The translations under genes were made by a program, and so were the position numbers. Below, in pieces: positions 1 to 12,279 of a DNA stretch of 54,653 bases; positions within the stretch are counted from its first letter, which is position 1, and the number at the start of each line of letters is the position of its first letter. This stretch comes from Octopus sinensis. Lineage: Eukaryota. Where the stretch lies: contig NW_021833838.1 in assembly GCF_006345805.1 (NCBI RefSeq), positions 1-54,653 of the forward strand. The letters are read 5' to 3'. The notes under the pieces were generated by a model. That model ran no database searches and was not told the origin of the DNA. It saw nothing but the letters and a program-made list of their open reading frames with translations.

Positions 1-317
1 ATCACCACCCGCCTACCCTCCACCACGATTACCACCTCCACCATCACCATTATTTATATCAATAAAAGTTTTGCAAATTTTAGCACCTCCAAACATTACC
101 ACCCTTAACGAGCACAACGACCACCACTACAATCACCCCACCACCACCACCATAATCATCCCTTTTCCACCACCACAGTCACCACAACAACCACAGTCAC
201 CAGCACCACCACTGCTACTACCATCAGCACCACTAATACCTCTAAAATGTATAAGAACAGCATCAGAACCAACACCACCTGCCAACAAAATTCACAACTG
301 CCACGAATAACGACATC

Positions 318-690
318 AGCAAGAAGAAGAAGAAGAAGAAGAAGAAGAAGAAGAAGGATTGGAATATGAAGATGAAGAAGAAGAAGAAGAAGAAGAGAAG
401 AAGAAGAAAAAGAAGAAGGAGAAGAAGAAGAAGAATTGGAAGAAGAAGAAGAAGAAGAAGAAAAAGAAGAAGGAGAAGGAGAAGAAGAAGAAGAATTGGA
501 AGAAGAAGAAGAATTGGAAGAAGAAGAAGAAGAAGAAGAAAAAGAAGACGACGACGACGAAGAAGAAGAAGAAGAAGAAGAAGAAGAAGAACACAAACAA
601 CAACAATAACAACAGCAGCAGCAAGAAGAAGAAGAAGAAAAAGAGGAGGGACAACAACAACAACAACAGCAACAGCAGCAACAACGCAGG
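318..690. repeat. (GAA)n microsatellite grading into (CAA/CAG)n
   Basis: About 270 bp of GAA triplets with recurrent GAATTG interruptions, then CAA/CAG triplets; source of the poly-K/E/R/F ORFs. Confidence 0.97.
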
Positions 691-964
691 TAAGAAAACG
701 ATCGCCGCCATTTAGAGAAGCATCAACCAGAGAGTTAAACGGTAGCAACGTTGGAGGTAGAATCAGTTAAAAGAGCACCAGCGCCAATACATCAAGATGA
801 GAGACCACCACCACAACACAGGAATTAACATCATCAATCAAAAGCTTTCAAAATGGATTTATAGAAGCAAAAAAGAAAAAAGTTATCGCCATTTCTAGAA
901 AATTTATGGCGTGTATAAGAATGATGGCGTGTTTATGAGTGTTTATGAGCGTTCGTGCGTGGGC

Positions 965-1329
965 ATAGATATATATATAATATAAATATGTGTGTGTCCG
1001 TGTATATGTATGTATATGTATATGTATATATGCATGTGTGTGTATATATATATATTATATATATATATATATATATGTATATATGCGTGCATGTGTGTGA
1101 GTGCATGTGGTATGTACACATATACGTGTATATATATATACACATATATATATATATACGTTAAATTATATATGCACTTAATATATGTTCATTTAATTTA
1201 ATCCATAAATTGTTGGTTATGCACTCACACACACACACACAACTCTCTCTCTCTCTCACTCACACATATATATGCATTTATACATGCAGACATACACACA
1301 CAGAAGCATATGTGCATATATACGTGTCA

Positions 1330-1367
<38 letters not shown>

Positions 1368-1429
1368 TATATGTAAATATATATAACTATATATGTATAC
1401 ATATATATATATATTATATATGTATACAT

Positions 1430-1460
<31 letters not shown>

Positions 1461-1600
1461 AAACGTTCCATGTTCTCGCTACACACAAAGATAGAATTCA
1501 CACATGCATATATATATATATGGAGGTTTGCATGAATGCATACATACACACATATACACATACATAGACGCATATGTGACCACAGCGAGATATTTATTAG
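965..1600. repeat. Compound (TA)n/(TG)n/(CA)n microsatellite
   Basis: Direct reading of dinucleotide runs. Confidence 0.9.
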
Positions 1601-1960
1601 ATATACCTACATTTAGATTACGAAGCATTAACCCAGTTTTGCTAATGTAAGGATCCCCATAAGCAAATAGAGTCAAAATGGACGCCCTATGTTACATGTT
1701 ATAATCAAACAGAGTGAGTTAGAATGACCCCATATGTTACGTTGCTGTGAGGCTCTCACATATATCTCTCATAGTTCCTTCAGTGGTTCTGAACCGGAGT
1801 CCATCTGGCCCTTGATGGTCCATATAAGATTTTGTCGCTAATATAATAATTGCAATAAATTATTTATACTTCCACAGTGCGTAAAATATTTTCACACTTT
1901 TTAAAACAATTTCTCATAATGATTTCAACTTTTTGCACAAGGTTAGCAATTTCTGGAAGT

Positions 1961-2132
1961 GGGTAAATCGGTTGTATAGACTCCAGTTTTCAACTGGTAC
2001 TTATTTTATCGACCCCAAAAGGACGAAAAACATAGTTGACCTGGACGGAATTTGAACTCAGAATGTGAAGACGGACGAAATGCCGCTAAGCATTATCGTC
2101 CGATGGGCATACAATTCTCACAGCTCGCCGCC
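1961..2132 (-). mobile_element. tRNA-derived SINE, family B (diverged)
   Basis: Reverse complement of the family B head (ggcggcgagctg..., B box GAGTTCAAATTCC) seen intact at 51506 and 52217. Confidence 0.85.
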
Positions 2133-2184
2133 CAATACAATTCCTAATAATATTATTTCAAATTTTTGCCACAAGGGTAGCTTG

Positions 2185-2351
2185 GGGGAGGTAGGGATGT
2201 GTCGATTACATCGATCCCAGTGTTCAACTCGTACTTAATTTATCGACCTCGAAAGAATGAAAGGCGGAATTCGAACTTAGAACGTAGCTACGGGCGAAAT
2301 ACTGCTAAACATTTCGTCCAGCGTACTAACGATTCTGCTAGTTCGCCGCCT
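2185..2351 (-). mobile_element. tRNA-derived SINE, family B (diverged, internal deletion)
   Basis: Homologous to the other family B copies in the window. Confidence 0.85.
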
Positions 2352-2520
2352 TACAATTCCTATTATAAAGATATAATAAGATAGTTTAAACATCGGTGTA
2401 GTTGAGTTAAATAGGAATCCCAAGGAGTTCGTGATAGTTGAGAAGCATTGCTCTACACCGTACAATATCAATGATTGTGAACCACGCAGGACTGTCACTA
2501 TAATTCTTAATACATTGTGC

Positions 2521-3259
2521 GTGAACTAAAATGTTTTAATATCTGAGACGAATTAATTCCTTATTTGTAAACTAATATTCTATAATATAATCATCATGTA
2601 AAATTATTATCTCAGATGGTTCATTACGTTGATAATTACAATTGAATTATCTTCTTAGTTCTGATAATTATCTTGGCAGATACACGTTAAATGTATAACA
2701 TGTTACAATAAAAGTCAACGAACTCGGATCAGCTTGCTGCAGATTTAGCGTAGCCGTTGATGAATAAAAATAGATTTAGAGCTGCCGCTTACGTCATTCT
2801 TCAACCACTCGACTATATGACACATATCCTAGAACTATTACAATATTGAAGACAGAACTATAGGGTCGATTTTTGCTGCATCGGCTGTACACCCTTGTGT
2901 CGCCGCTCGTAACGCGGCAGAAAGAAAAATTCATAAATATAGGAGCCTAACCAGCTACTATCAGTTTGTGTTAATCGCCCTCTGGACGTCGGGTGTTCTA
3001 CGTCTCCATATTACCGATTTCCTCCGCAAAATAGATATAATGGTGTGAACTAAAATATTTTAATATCTGAGTCCAATTCATTCCTTATTTGTAAACAACT
3101 GATCAGTAATATAATCATCATGGAAAATTTTTATCTCAAATTGTTCCTAACATTGATAATTACAATTGAATTATTTTCGTAGTTCTGATAATTATCCCGG
3201 CAGATACCCGCTTAATGTATAACATGTACAATAAAAGTCAACGAACTCAGATCAGCTTG
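2521..3259. repeat. Pair of ~215-bp diverged direct repeats (2521-2736 and 3045-3259)
   Basis: Both run gtgaactaaaat...aataaaagtcaacgaactc(g/a)gatcagcttg; period 524 bp. Confidence 0.9.
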
Positions 3260-4048
3260 ACCAATCTCGGCGGCAACGCCATCGCGACCATCACCTCGGG
3301 GCGCAGCTGAGCACACAATCCGTTTTGGGGTATCTGATCCCTCGCCCTCTCCTCCATCATCTTCTGCTGCTTTACCCCACCACTTTTTTTCTTTTGTTTC
3401 TTTTCCTTTCTCATCTCTCTTTTTTTTCCTGTTTCTTTGTATTTGAATTTAAATAAAAGATCCGTGAAATTAGATTCCATGAAGGCCATTTTGGTAGCAT
3501 GAGATGAAAAACGAACCAATTCAATTCGTTGCCATTTAACGAATCTTTATTTATTTAGCTTTCCTTCCCAAAGTAAACAAAAACTACACTTGTAAACCGA
3601 GAGCATTATTGGAAGATCAACGGATGGAAGAGAGACTCAATTCAACATTAAGTGATTTCAGCAATGCTCAATCAATACCGATGCAACTCTCTATGTTAAT
3701 TCGTACATTCCTCCATTGCTGTCTCTGTCTAACTTGAGCAGAGCGCTTCCATGGTCGTCTTCTTATCTCCAAACAATAAGCATATCCTTTTCATTAATGT
3801 CATCTTTGGAGAATTCTTGATTCTTGAAATTATCAGCTCTTTTTCGTGTGGAGCTGAGCATAAGTTTCATTATGGTAATTATGCTGCATCTTCAAGAAGC
3901 AGAGTTAATAATTTTAATAAATCGCGAGTTATATTGTATGGGATTTGTTATACATATATTTGTATCTGTGTTTCTTGTTCAACAACATGCCACTGGCCAC
4001 TCTCAGTTATTTCTCTGGACTCATTTTATTTAAATTATGCATTTATAT

Positions 4049-4271
4049 AGGCGGAGACGTTACTCTATGTTAAGAAGTTTGCTTCCCAACCACATGGTTC
4101 TGAGTTCAGTCCCACTGCGTGGCACTTTGGGCAAGTGTCTTTTACTATAGCCGCGGGCCGACCAAATCGAAGGGCGTAGGCTCGAAACGTCAAAGACTTT
4201 TCCATTCTTCCTGAGCGTTAAACTTATTGTTCTTCCACCTGTCTTCGTCTTTTGTTTTCTATAAATTTGAA

Positions 4272-4313
<42 letters not shown>

Positions 4314-4567
4314 GTGTGTGTGTGGTGTGTGTGTGTGTGTGTGTGTGTTTGTGTTTATGTTTGTCCCTCACGGCCGCTTGACAACCGGTGTTGGTGTATT
4401 TATGTCCCCGTAAATAAGAGGCTCCGCAAAACAGACCGTCAGAATAAGTATCTGACTCAAAAAGAAAATAACTACCGGGGGTCGATTAGTTCGACTAAAA
4501 TTCTTTAAGGGGTGCTCCAGTATGGCCACAGTCTGGTGACTGAACAAGTAAAAGACAAAAAATAAGG
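4049..4567 (+). mobile_element. tRNA-derived SINE, family A, interrupted by a ribozyme-like repeat fragment and (GT)n
   Basis: Head with B box gagttcagtccc and the gggcaagtgtct block; 3' half gcttgacaaccggtg...gtgctccagtatggcc...aagtaaaaga matches the copy at 38390. Confidence 0.88.
4169..4275 (+). mobile_element. 5'-truncated copy of the short repeat carrying a hammerhead-like motif
   Basis: gaagggcgtaggctcgaaacgtcaaagac...cctgagcgtta...ccacctgtcttcgtcttttg is homologous to 8854-8970. Confidence 0.8.
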
Positions 4568-6099
4568 ATATATAGTACGTATACATTTCTACACACATTT
4601 TGTAAATAGAATTATAAGCCTTCACTGCATGCTGACCAAAGGAAGTAACACTAATAAAATTTGAATTTGTTTTCGCATTTGGTCTATAACTGTTATTTCC
4701 TATTTACTTCTATTTAGTAATCAAAGGAAATGACTACCGTCCCCTTTAAACTTTGCTTTTGTGACCTGGACATCAAAGTTTTGAAACCAATTTCCGTTAC
4801 ATTTCAGACAGATTCATCTCTAAGTTGCTGTAGCAAAAATATCGTTATAGCAAATATTCTGCCTTAATAGCGCAGATTTGCGTGTCAGTTGCTTGACTTT
4901 CAACACATGAGCATGTCCCTTAGTGGCTGACAATATATGCATCCCTGATCCTGAGCAGGAGTTGTGGGGGAGCATCATAGTCATGTGTTGAGAGGGATTC
5001 TTTGGGGTTTGAATAAATGTTACGAAAAGCAAATTTTAAAGGAAATATTAACCGTTTTACCTACTTTCTAGGGATAAGCAAATATAAAATAAGAGTTCCT
5101 ACACAAGGACAAAAATTGTGTTACACAGTGTAATCTAATATTAATGGCATATAAACACCGTAGCAGAAAAAAATTGGGCTTTAGTACAATGGCCTTTTTC
5201 CATTACGGGGATTTAGATGCCCTAATATTTTCTATAGTCAATATAAGGTGTAGGTTTATTATTCTATTTACAAGCTTTCACTCCACCACCGACTCCTAAA
5301 TCACGCAGAATACAACACACACACACACACCACACACACACCACCACACACACATACATATATAGTATATATATATATATACGTATGATATATATATATA
5401 TATATATATATATTATCTCCTATATATGTATATATATTATATATATACATATTTATAAATAAATAAATAATATATATATATATATATATGAATATATATA
5501 TACATACACATACATATATACCTTTACATATATACACATGCATAACATATATAATATATTATATATATATATATAATATATATATAATACATACAATATA
5601 CATACAAAGATACACACAAGCACACATGTACATACACATATTTACACATCCATGTATGTACTATTGTGACATATACGAGTCATTTTCTGTGCATGTGTAC
5701 GTGTAAACAATTGTGTGTATGTATAACTGACAAAGATGTCGATCAAGTACTCAATACAGATGGCGTTTCATACATATATGTACTTGTTTGTATGGAGTAT
5801 GGGCAAACATATGTATGCATACATTTATACACACGCTCATAGGTACACATGTATATACAACCATATTACACACGCACACGTACATATTTGTATGATATAG
5901 ATGTATGCACACTTATGTATGTATAATATACATGCACACACCAACACACACATGCACACACATGCTTAGATACATAGAAACACACGTAACTGAAACAAAT
6001 GGGTCACGTTTGGAAGTAAAAGTTGTGCTTGTAATATAGAGGAGCAATAAAGAAAGGCAAAATAAAGTTAGGTCAACAGTGAACCAATCTTGAAAGCAA

Positions 6100-6545
6100 A
6101 TATAGAGCAGAGAGAGAGAGGAGGGGAGAGAAGAGAAAGAAAGACAGGAGAGAAAGAGAGGAGGATAAAGTGTGGGAGACAAACAGAGACAGAGAGAGAG
6201 AGAGAGAGAGGGATAGAGGGAGAGAGAGAGAGAGGGGAGAGGGAAGGGAAAGAAAGACAGGAGGGAGAGAAAGAGAGGAAGATAATGTGTGGGAGACAAA
6301 CAGAGAAAGAGAGAGAAAGCGAAAGAGAGAGAGAAAGATGAAAAAATAGAGGGGGAAGGTAAGAGAGAGAGAGAAGAGAAAGAAAGACAAGGAGAGAAAG
6401 AGAGAAAGATTAAGTGAGGGAGACAAACAGAGACAGAGAGAGAAAGCGAAAGAGAGAGAGAAAGAGGAAAAGATAGAAGGTGAAGGTGAGAGAGGGAGAG
6501 AGAGAGAGAGAAAGGGAGAAGAAATTTACAGAGAGGGGAAGGAAA
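6100..6545. repeat. Purine-rich (AG)n tract with a ~120-bp higher-order unit (3 copies)
   Basis: ggagacaaacagaga recurs near 6175, 6293 and 6419. Confidence 0.85.
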
Positions 6546-6626
6546 AAGAGAAACACATATTCTGAAATACAGTCTCTCTCATGTACATGAACACATATTA
6601 TAAACACTATCACACACACACACACG

Positions 6627-6671
<45 letters not shown>

Positions 6672-6869
6672 TCACACATGCATACACCAACATGCACGCA
6701 GACAACATGAAACCATTTTCTACTGCGTTTTAAGTGATAAAACATTTTTTATGGATTTTATAAATCAAAAACAAAATCCGTTAGTTTTGGGGGAAAATAA
6801 GGAGAAATTTTGTAGCAATATTTATTGAAACACGTTTTGCAGGACGGCTTTTATATATGCTCTTAAGCT

Positions 6870-6924
6870 CTGTGTGTGTGTGCAGGTGTGTGCAGGTGTG
6901 TATATATGTCTGTATGTATATATG

Positions 6925-6978
<54 letters not shown>

Positions 6979-7060
6979 AACATACATACATCAGAACATA
7001 CATACATGCACACATACATACACACACCACATACATACATACTTACATACATACATACAA

Positions 7061-7131
<71 letters not shown>

Positions 7132-7696
7132 CATATATGTATATATATATATATATGTATATATATATGTATGTATATTCATGTATATATATATTGATCT
7201 AAATGTATACACATATACATATATATATATACATACATGCATACACACACACATACATACATACACACATACATACATACATGCATACATCCATACATAC
7301 ATACATACATAATACATACATGCATACATACATACATACATACATACACACATACATACATACATACATGCCTACATACATACATACATACATACATACA
7401 TACATAAATACATACATGCATACATACATCATACAACACATACATACATACATACATACTACATACATACATACATACACACATACATCACTACATACAT
7501 CATCACACATACATACATACCTACATACATACATACATACATAAATACATCTGTGCATACTACATACATACATACATACTACATACATACATACATACAT
7601 GCATACATACATACATACACACATACACACATACTACATACATACATACATACACACATATACACACATACATACATACATACATACATACATACA

Positions 7697-7727
<31 letters not shown>

Positions 7728-7728
7728 G
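6870..7728. repeat. (TA)n followed by (CATA)n microsatellite
   Basis: Direct reading; source of the HTYI/MYVC ORFs. Confidence 0.95.
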
Positions 7729-7977
7729 CAATGTTTCAGTTTTGGGGGAAAGAATCGCCTTGACAGTTGCGAGAGGAATAAAATATATTCGTAATTCTAA
7801 TGAATTCTTTTTTCTTTTCTCGTTGGTATACAGCTATTATATAGTTTTGTGGCCATCATCGCTACGGAACTGTGGAGTCTCTTTCGCTTAATATGAATGT
7901 AAGCATGTGTGTCTATATGCATACATGATACATACACACACAGAAAATTCATACGCTATAATTTATTTTAATCCCTT

Positions 7978-8350
7978 GTTACTTATTTATTCATTGCCCA
8001 CAAGAGGCTATATACATAGAAGGGACAAGCAAGAACAGACAAAGGGATTAAGTCGATTATATCGACCTCACTGCGTAACTGGTGCTTACTTTATCGACCC
8101 CGAAAGGATAAAAGGCAAAGTCGACCTCGGCGGAATTTGAACTCAGAACGTAACGGCAGACGAAATACCTATTTCTTTACTACCCACAAGGGGCTAAACA
8201 CAGAAGGGACAAACAAGGATAGACAGACGGATTAAGTCGATTACATCGACCCCATTGCGTAACTGGTGCTTAATTTATCGACCCCGAAAGGATGAAAGGC
8301 AAAGTCTACCTCGGCGGAATTTGAACTCAGAACGTAACGGCAGACGCAAA
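7978..8350 (-). mobile_element. Head-to-tail dimer of family B SINEs, both truncated at the same point
   Basis: Two consecutive units (7978-8168, 8169-8350), each ending at gtaacggcagacg(c)aaata; junction cgaaatac|ctatttctttac. Confidence 0.9.
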
Positions 8351-8571
8351 TAAAGACACATACAATAGGAATACGAAATAGAAAATGGAAAGACACGCAA
8401 ACAAGAAAGAAGAAAGCAAAGGACCACTGATGGGGGTCACAGAAGTGTGACGAAAGAACTCTGGCCGAAATACGATTAACGTAAAAATAAAATAAAGCTG
8501 AAGTAAATGAACACCAAATATATAGTGCGTGTGTTTTATTAGCTAAACTGGCAACATGACCGTCCCCAAAT

Positions 8572-8603
<32 letters not shown>

Positions 8604-8604
<1 letters not shown>

Positions 8605-8768
8605 CGACGGGATTCTTTCAGTTTCCGTCTACCAAATCCACTCATAAGGCTTTGGCTGGCTCGAGGCTATAAGGCTATAGAGGAAGACACTGGCCCAAGG
8701 TGCCACGCAAGTGGGACTGAATCCGGAACCATACGGTTAGGAAGCTTGCTTCCTAACCAGCCACTCCG
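8604..8768 (-). mobile_element. Family A SINE, 5' half
   Basis: Reverse complement of head and ggatttggtagacggaaactgaaagaa block. Confidence 0.88.
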
Positions 8769-8844
8769 ATATATATATATATATATTATATATAATATAT
8801 ATATATATAATATATATGTTTCTCTCCTTGTTTTTTCTGTGTAC

Positions 8845-8880
8845 CTTTCTGTAGAAGGGCGTAGGCTCGAAACGTAAAAG
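8845..8880 (+). ncRNA. Minimal type I hammerhead-like motif (core variant CUGUAGA) within a short dispersed repeat (about 8800-8970)
   Basis: CUUU(8845-48) CUGUAGA A GGGC-GUAG-GCUC GAAAC GUA AAAG(8877-80): stems I and II pair, palindromic ACGU stem III; A6 position is U. Confidence 0.5.
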
Positions 8881-9744
8881 ACTCTTTCTATTCCTGAGCG
8901 TTATACTAATACATCTGTTTGTTTTGTACACCACCTGTCTTCGTCTTTTGGTTTTTTCGTAAACTCTCCCTATATATATATCGATTACATCAGATATTGC
9001 GTGATTTCTCAGCCCCATCAGGCGTTATCTAAACAGTCATTATTTGATTATTTGTTGAAGCATCACTAACAAACATCAGAGATTCACGTAATCAATCATC
9101 AGTCATGATTTGTCGTGGTGATCAATTACGTGAAACTCAGAGTATCCGTTTGAGAAAACTTTCCAGCTTCAATGAAATGCTATATTATACTCAACCTCTA
9201 GTTTTCGAGTGCTATTTTCTTCACGTTGTTTTCCCCCGATGCACACGTGCGCGCGTATGCGTGTACATTTAATGTCATTTATGCACATTTATGTGAAAGT
9301 GTATGAGTGAGAATAGGAAAAGATAAAGAGAGAATGGAGGAAAGGCGGGGAGAAAGAGAGCATCAGAAAGAAAGAGAATGAGAGAGGGCAAAGTGCTTTC
9401 GTGGTGTAGAGAGACGATTTGTTTCAAATTTAACTTGAACCGTTTAAATTTATGCAGCCAGTTAATACCACGACGCGAGGCGCTTTATTGCCTTCTAATT
9501 AGATTAATTAAAATAGAGCAAAGAGTATCTTGAAATATTAGCATAATGGCATAAATGAGAATACATTTAACCTTTGCACTAGTGTGTGCAACTGAAATTA
9601 TGATGTGAATAGAGAGATAGGAGACAAAGTGCAGCCTATGACAACGTTTGATGTTCATGGCAACAGAAACGGACAAACAACTGCAGTCGCTATTTGAGTT
9701 GTGCTTTCAATGAATACTTGCTTCTATGATTTGACTTTTGTATC

Positions 9745-9746
9745 TG

Positions 9747-9826
<80 letters not shown>

Positions 9827-9963
9827 GCTAGCTAGCTAGCTAGCTATTTATCTATCTATCACCCTGTCTGCTGTCTGTCTGTCTGCTTATCTATCTACCT
9901 ATCTATTTATCTATCTATCTCTGACTGTCTGTCTATCCGTCTATCTATCTATCCGTCTGTCTG

Positions 9964-10050
<87 letters not shown>

Positions 10051-10070
10051 GTTTGTCTATCTATCTTATC
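9745..10070. repeat. (TCTA)n / (TCTG)n microsatellite
   Basis: Direct reading. Confidence 0.95.
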
Positions 10071-10305
10071 TTTCAGTCACTCTCTGGCTCTCTGTCGGAA
10101 TTGTTTTTCTGTTCATTTAAGGTGTTTCATAAATTTCAATTCAGACGAAGTACAACTGTTCTGACATTCCAATGCATGGTCGCTACTGGGGTGATGGAAA
10201 ACTATGTCAGGTAAATGATCGTCAATTACATTTCCCATTTCCGATATGTGCTTACATTCGAACACACAGGACACACACACAAACATACACATACACGCGC
10301 GCACG

Positions 10306-10343
<38 letters not shown>

Positions 10344-11057
10344 ACACACACACACACACATACACACATACACGCGCTCACGCGCACACACACGCTGATA
10401 CACATGATTGAGTATTTTACTGACACGTGTACCTTTGAAGTAATAAGAATATATGTTTCTTTATTAGCCACACAGGGCTGCACATAGACGGGACAGATTA
10501 CAAAGTAGAGCTTTTCTTTTGGGGGGAGAGAAAAAAAAACCAAAAAGGTAGGTTAGGTTTTCGATCAAAAGGGATCGTAAAAGGGAAAGAAGAAAAAAAG
10601 AGGGGGAAAAAAAGAAAAAAAAACATCAATAGGGATCATGTATCACAGTGTCATGGTGTAAAGTGTAAATGTGGAAGCAGATAAGGTTTATCCGCGGGAA
10701 GAAAAGCCTACGGAAAAGACCACAGTAACCTCGATCAATGATGTTACATGTTACCACATTTGTTTGCAAGTAGGTAACATTTTCTGGGTTCATAGGATTA
10801 TGCTCAAGGTAGCTCCGAGAGACAGCGTGACGCAGTGTCCTCCAGTGCGATACAATGCGATGTAGTGTGACGCAGTGTGACACAGTGTGACAAAGTGTGG
10901 AGTGACTCTTCTGTAACATATACAGTCCAATCAATAGGATTGTACACATTTTTCGCGCATTTCTCGTCAACCAAATTTCCCTAACATGAATTACGTCGAC
11001 CCAAGGTATGTTAAAAATATCTCCTCAAAAGCTTCACAGTAGGAACGAATTCAGCTT

Positions 11058-11347
11058 TGGCTCAGTGGTTAAAGCGTTGAGCTTACGATCGTGAGATTGT
11101 AAGTTCGATTCCCGGCCCGGGCTGCTTGTTGTGTTCTTGAGCAAGACACTTTATTTCACATTGCTCCAGTTAACTCAGCTGTAGAAATGAGCTGCGACAT
11201 CACTGGTGCCAATCTGTATCGGCCCCTTTGCCTTTCCCTTGGATCACATCGGTGGCATAGAGAAGGGAGGCTTGTATGCATGGGCGACTGCTGGCCTTCT
11301 ACAAACAACTTTGCCCTGACTTGTGCCTCGGAGGGTAACTTCCTAGG
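11058..11347 (+). mobile_element. tRNA-derived SINE, family C
   Basis: A box tggctcagtgg, B box agttcgattccc, central ttgagcaagacactttatttcac block; homologous to 30544 and 39794. Confidence 0.9.
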
Positions 11348-11569
11348 CGTGCGTGTGTGTGTGTATGTATGTATGTATGTATGTAGATATATACTTATAT
11401 AAATGTATGTATATATACGTGTATATATATATACGTATATATAGATATACATATATATGTCACTTTGATCACTTTGACCGACCAGTCCGTCAGGCGTCCA
11501 TTTGACACCGCTGGTCACAGCACGCTGTCCACTCCGCTGTCCATATATATACATACATATATATATATA

Positions 11570-11623
<54 letters not shown>

Positions 11624-12279
11624 TATGTGTGCATATATATATATACATATACATATATATATACATGCATATATATGTATGCATACACATACATACGCAT
11701 ATATATACATAAATAAGTAAATAAATAAATATATATATATATAGGGAATAGGGATAAGATAATTTGGGCGGGTACCTCGAGAAGCATTTCTAAAGACTGC
11801 GCCTGATGCAGAAGTGGAATATCCCTCCAGGAAACTGTTTCGAGAAGGAAAAAAAACCCAGAAAATCCGCTGAGGTTTGCTTTGCACTTAACTGATTCTA
11901 TCTTTAAGGTAGCAACAGAGATAAGCCCCTTCTTTTCTTCATTATTCTGTTTTTCTTTTTTTTTCTTCTTTTTCCCTTTTCTTGATAAAATTCTAACTTT
12001 GAACACCACCCATCCTATTATTCATAACTAAATGTTTCGTATTAAACAAGTTATTTCTGTGTATTGCTTTCATAAACGGTTCTAATGAAACAATGGTATA
12101 AGCAGCTATGTAATATATATTACACAGCCTTCACGACAGATATCCCTACAAACATAACGCTGCGAGGATAGTCAGCAATAATGAAATAAAAGTAATAGCA
12201 TAAACTCAAATCTACTTGAATTTAACATACACACGCGCCTGTTCCCGATCCAAATGCAAGTTATAGCTCCAACATAGAC

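Noticed and set aside
71-770. Poly-K/E/R/S/F ORFs of 79-161 aa
   Set aside because: All are frames of the (GAA)n/(CAA)n microsatellite; no splice or codon evidence.
3250-3310. ISLTNLGGNAIATIT resembling a leucine-rich repeat
   Set aside because: Spacing does not fit LxxLxLxxN, there is a single unit, and it is followed by a stop.
6781-7891. HTYI/MYVC-repeat ORFs (also 28439-29606 and many others)
   Set aside because: Translations of (CATA)n/(TA)n; open in several frames on both strands; not reflectin or any known repeat protein.
11055-11130. tRNA-like heads (also 21124, 30544, 31549, 39794, 48041, 53118) as tRNA genes
   Set aside because: They continue directly into shared SINE bodies, several have TSDs, and they lack a complete acceptor stem.
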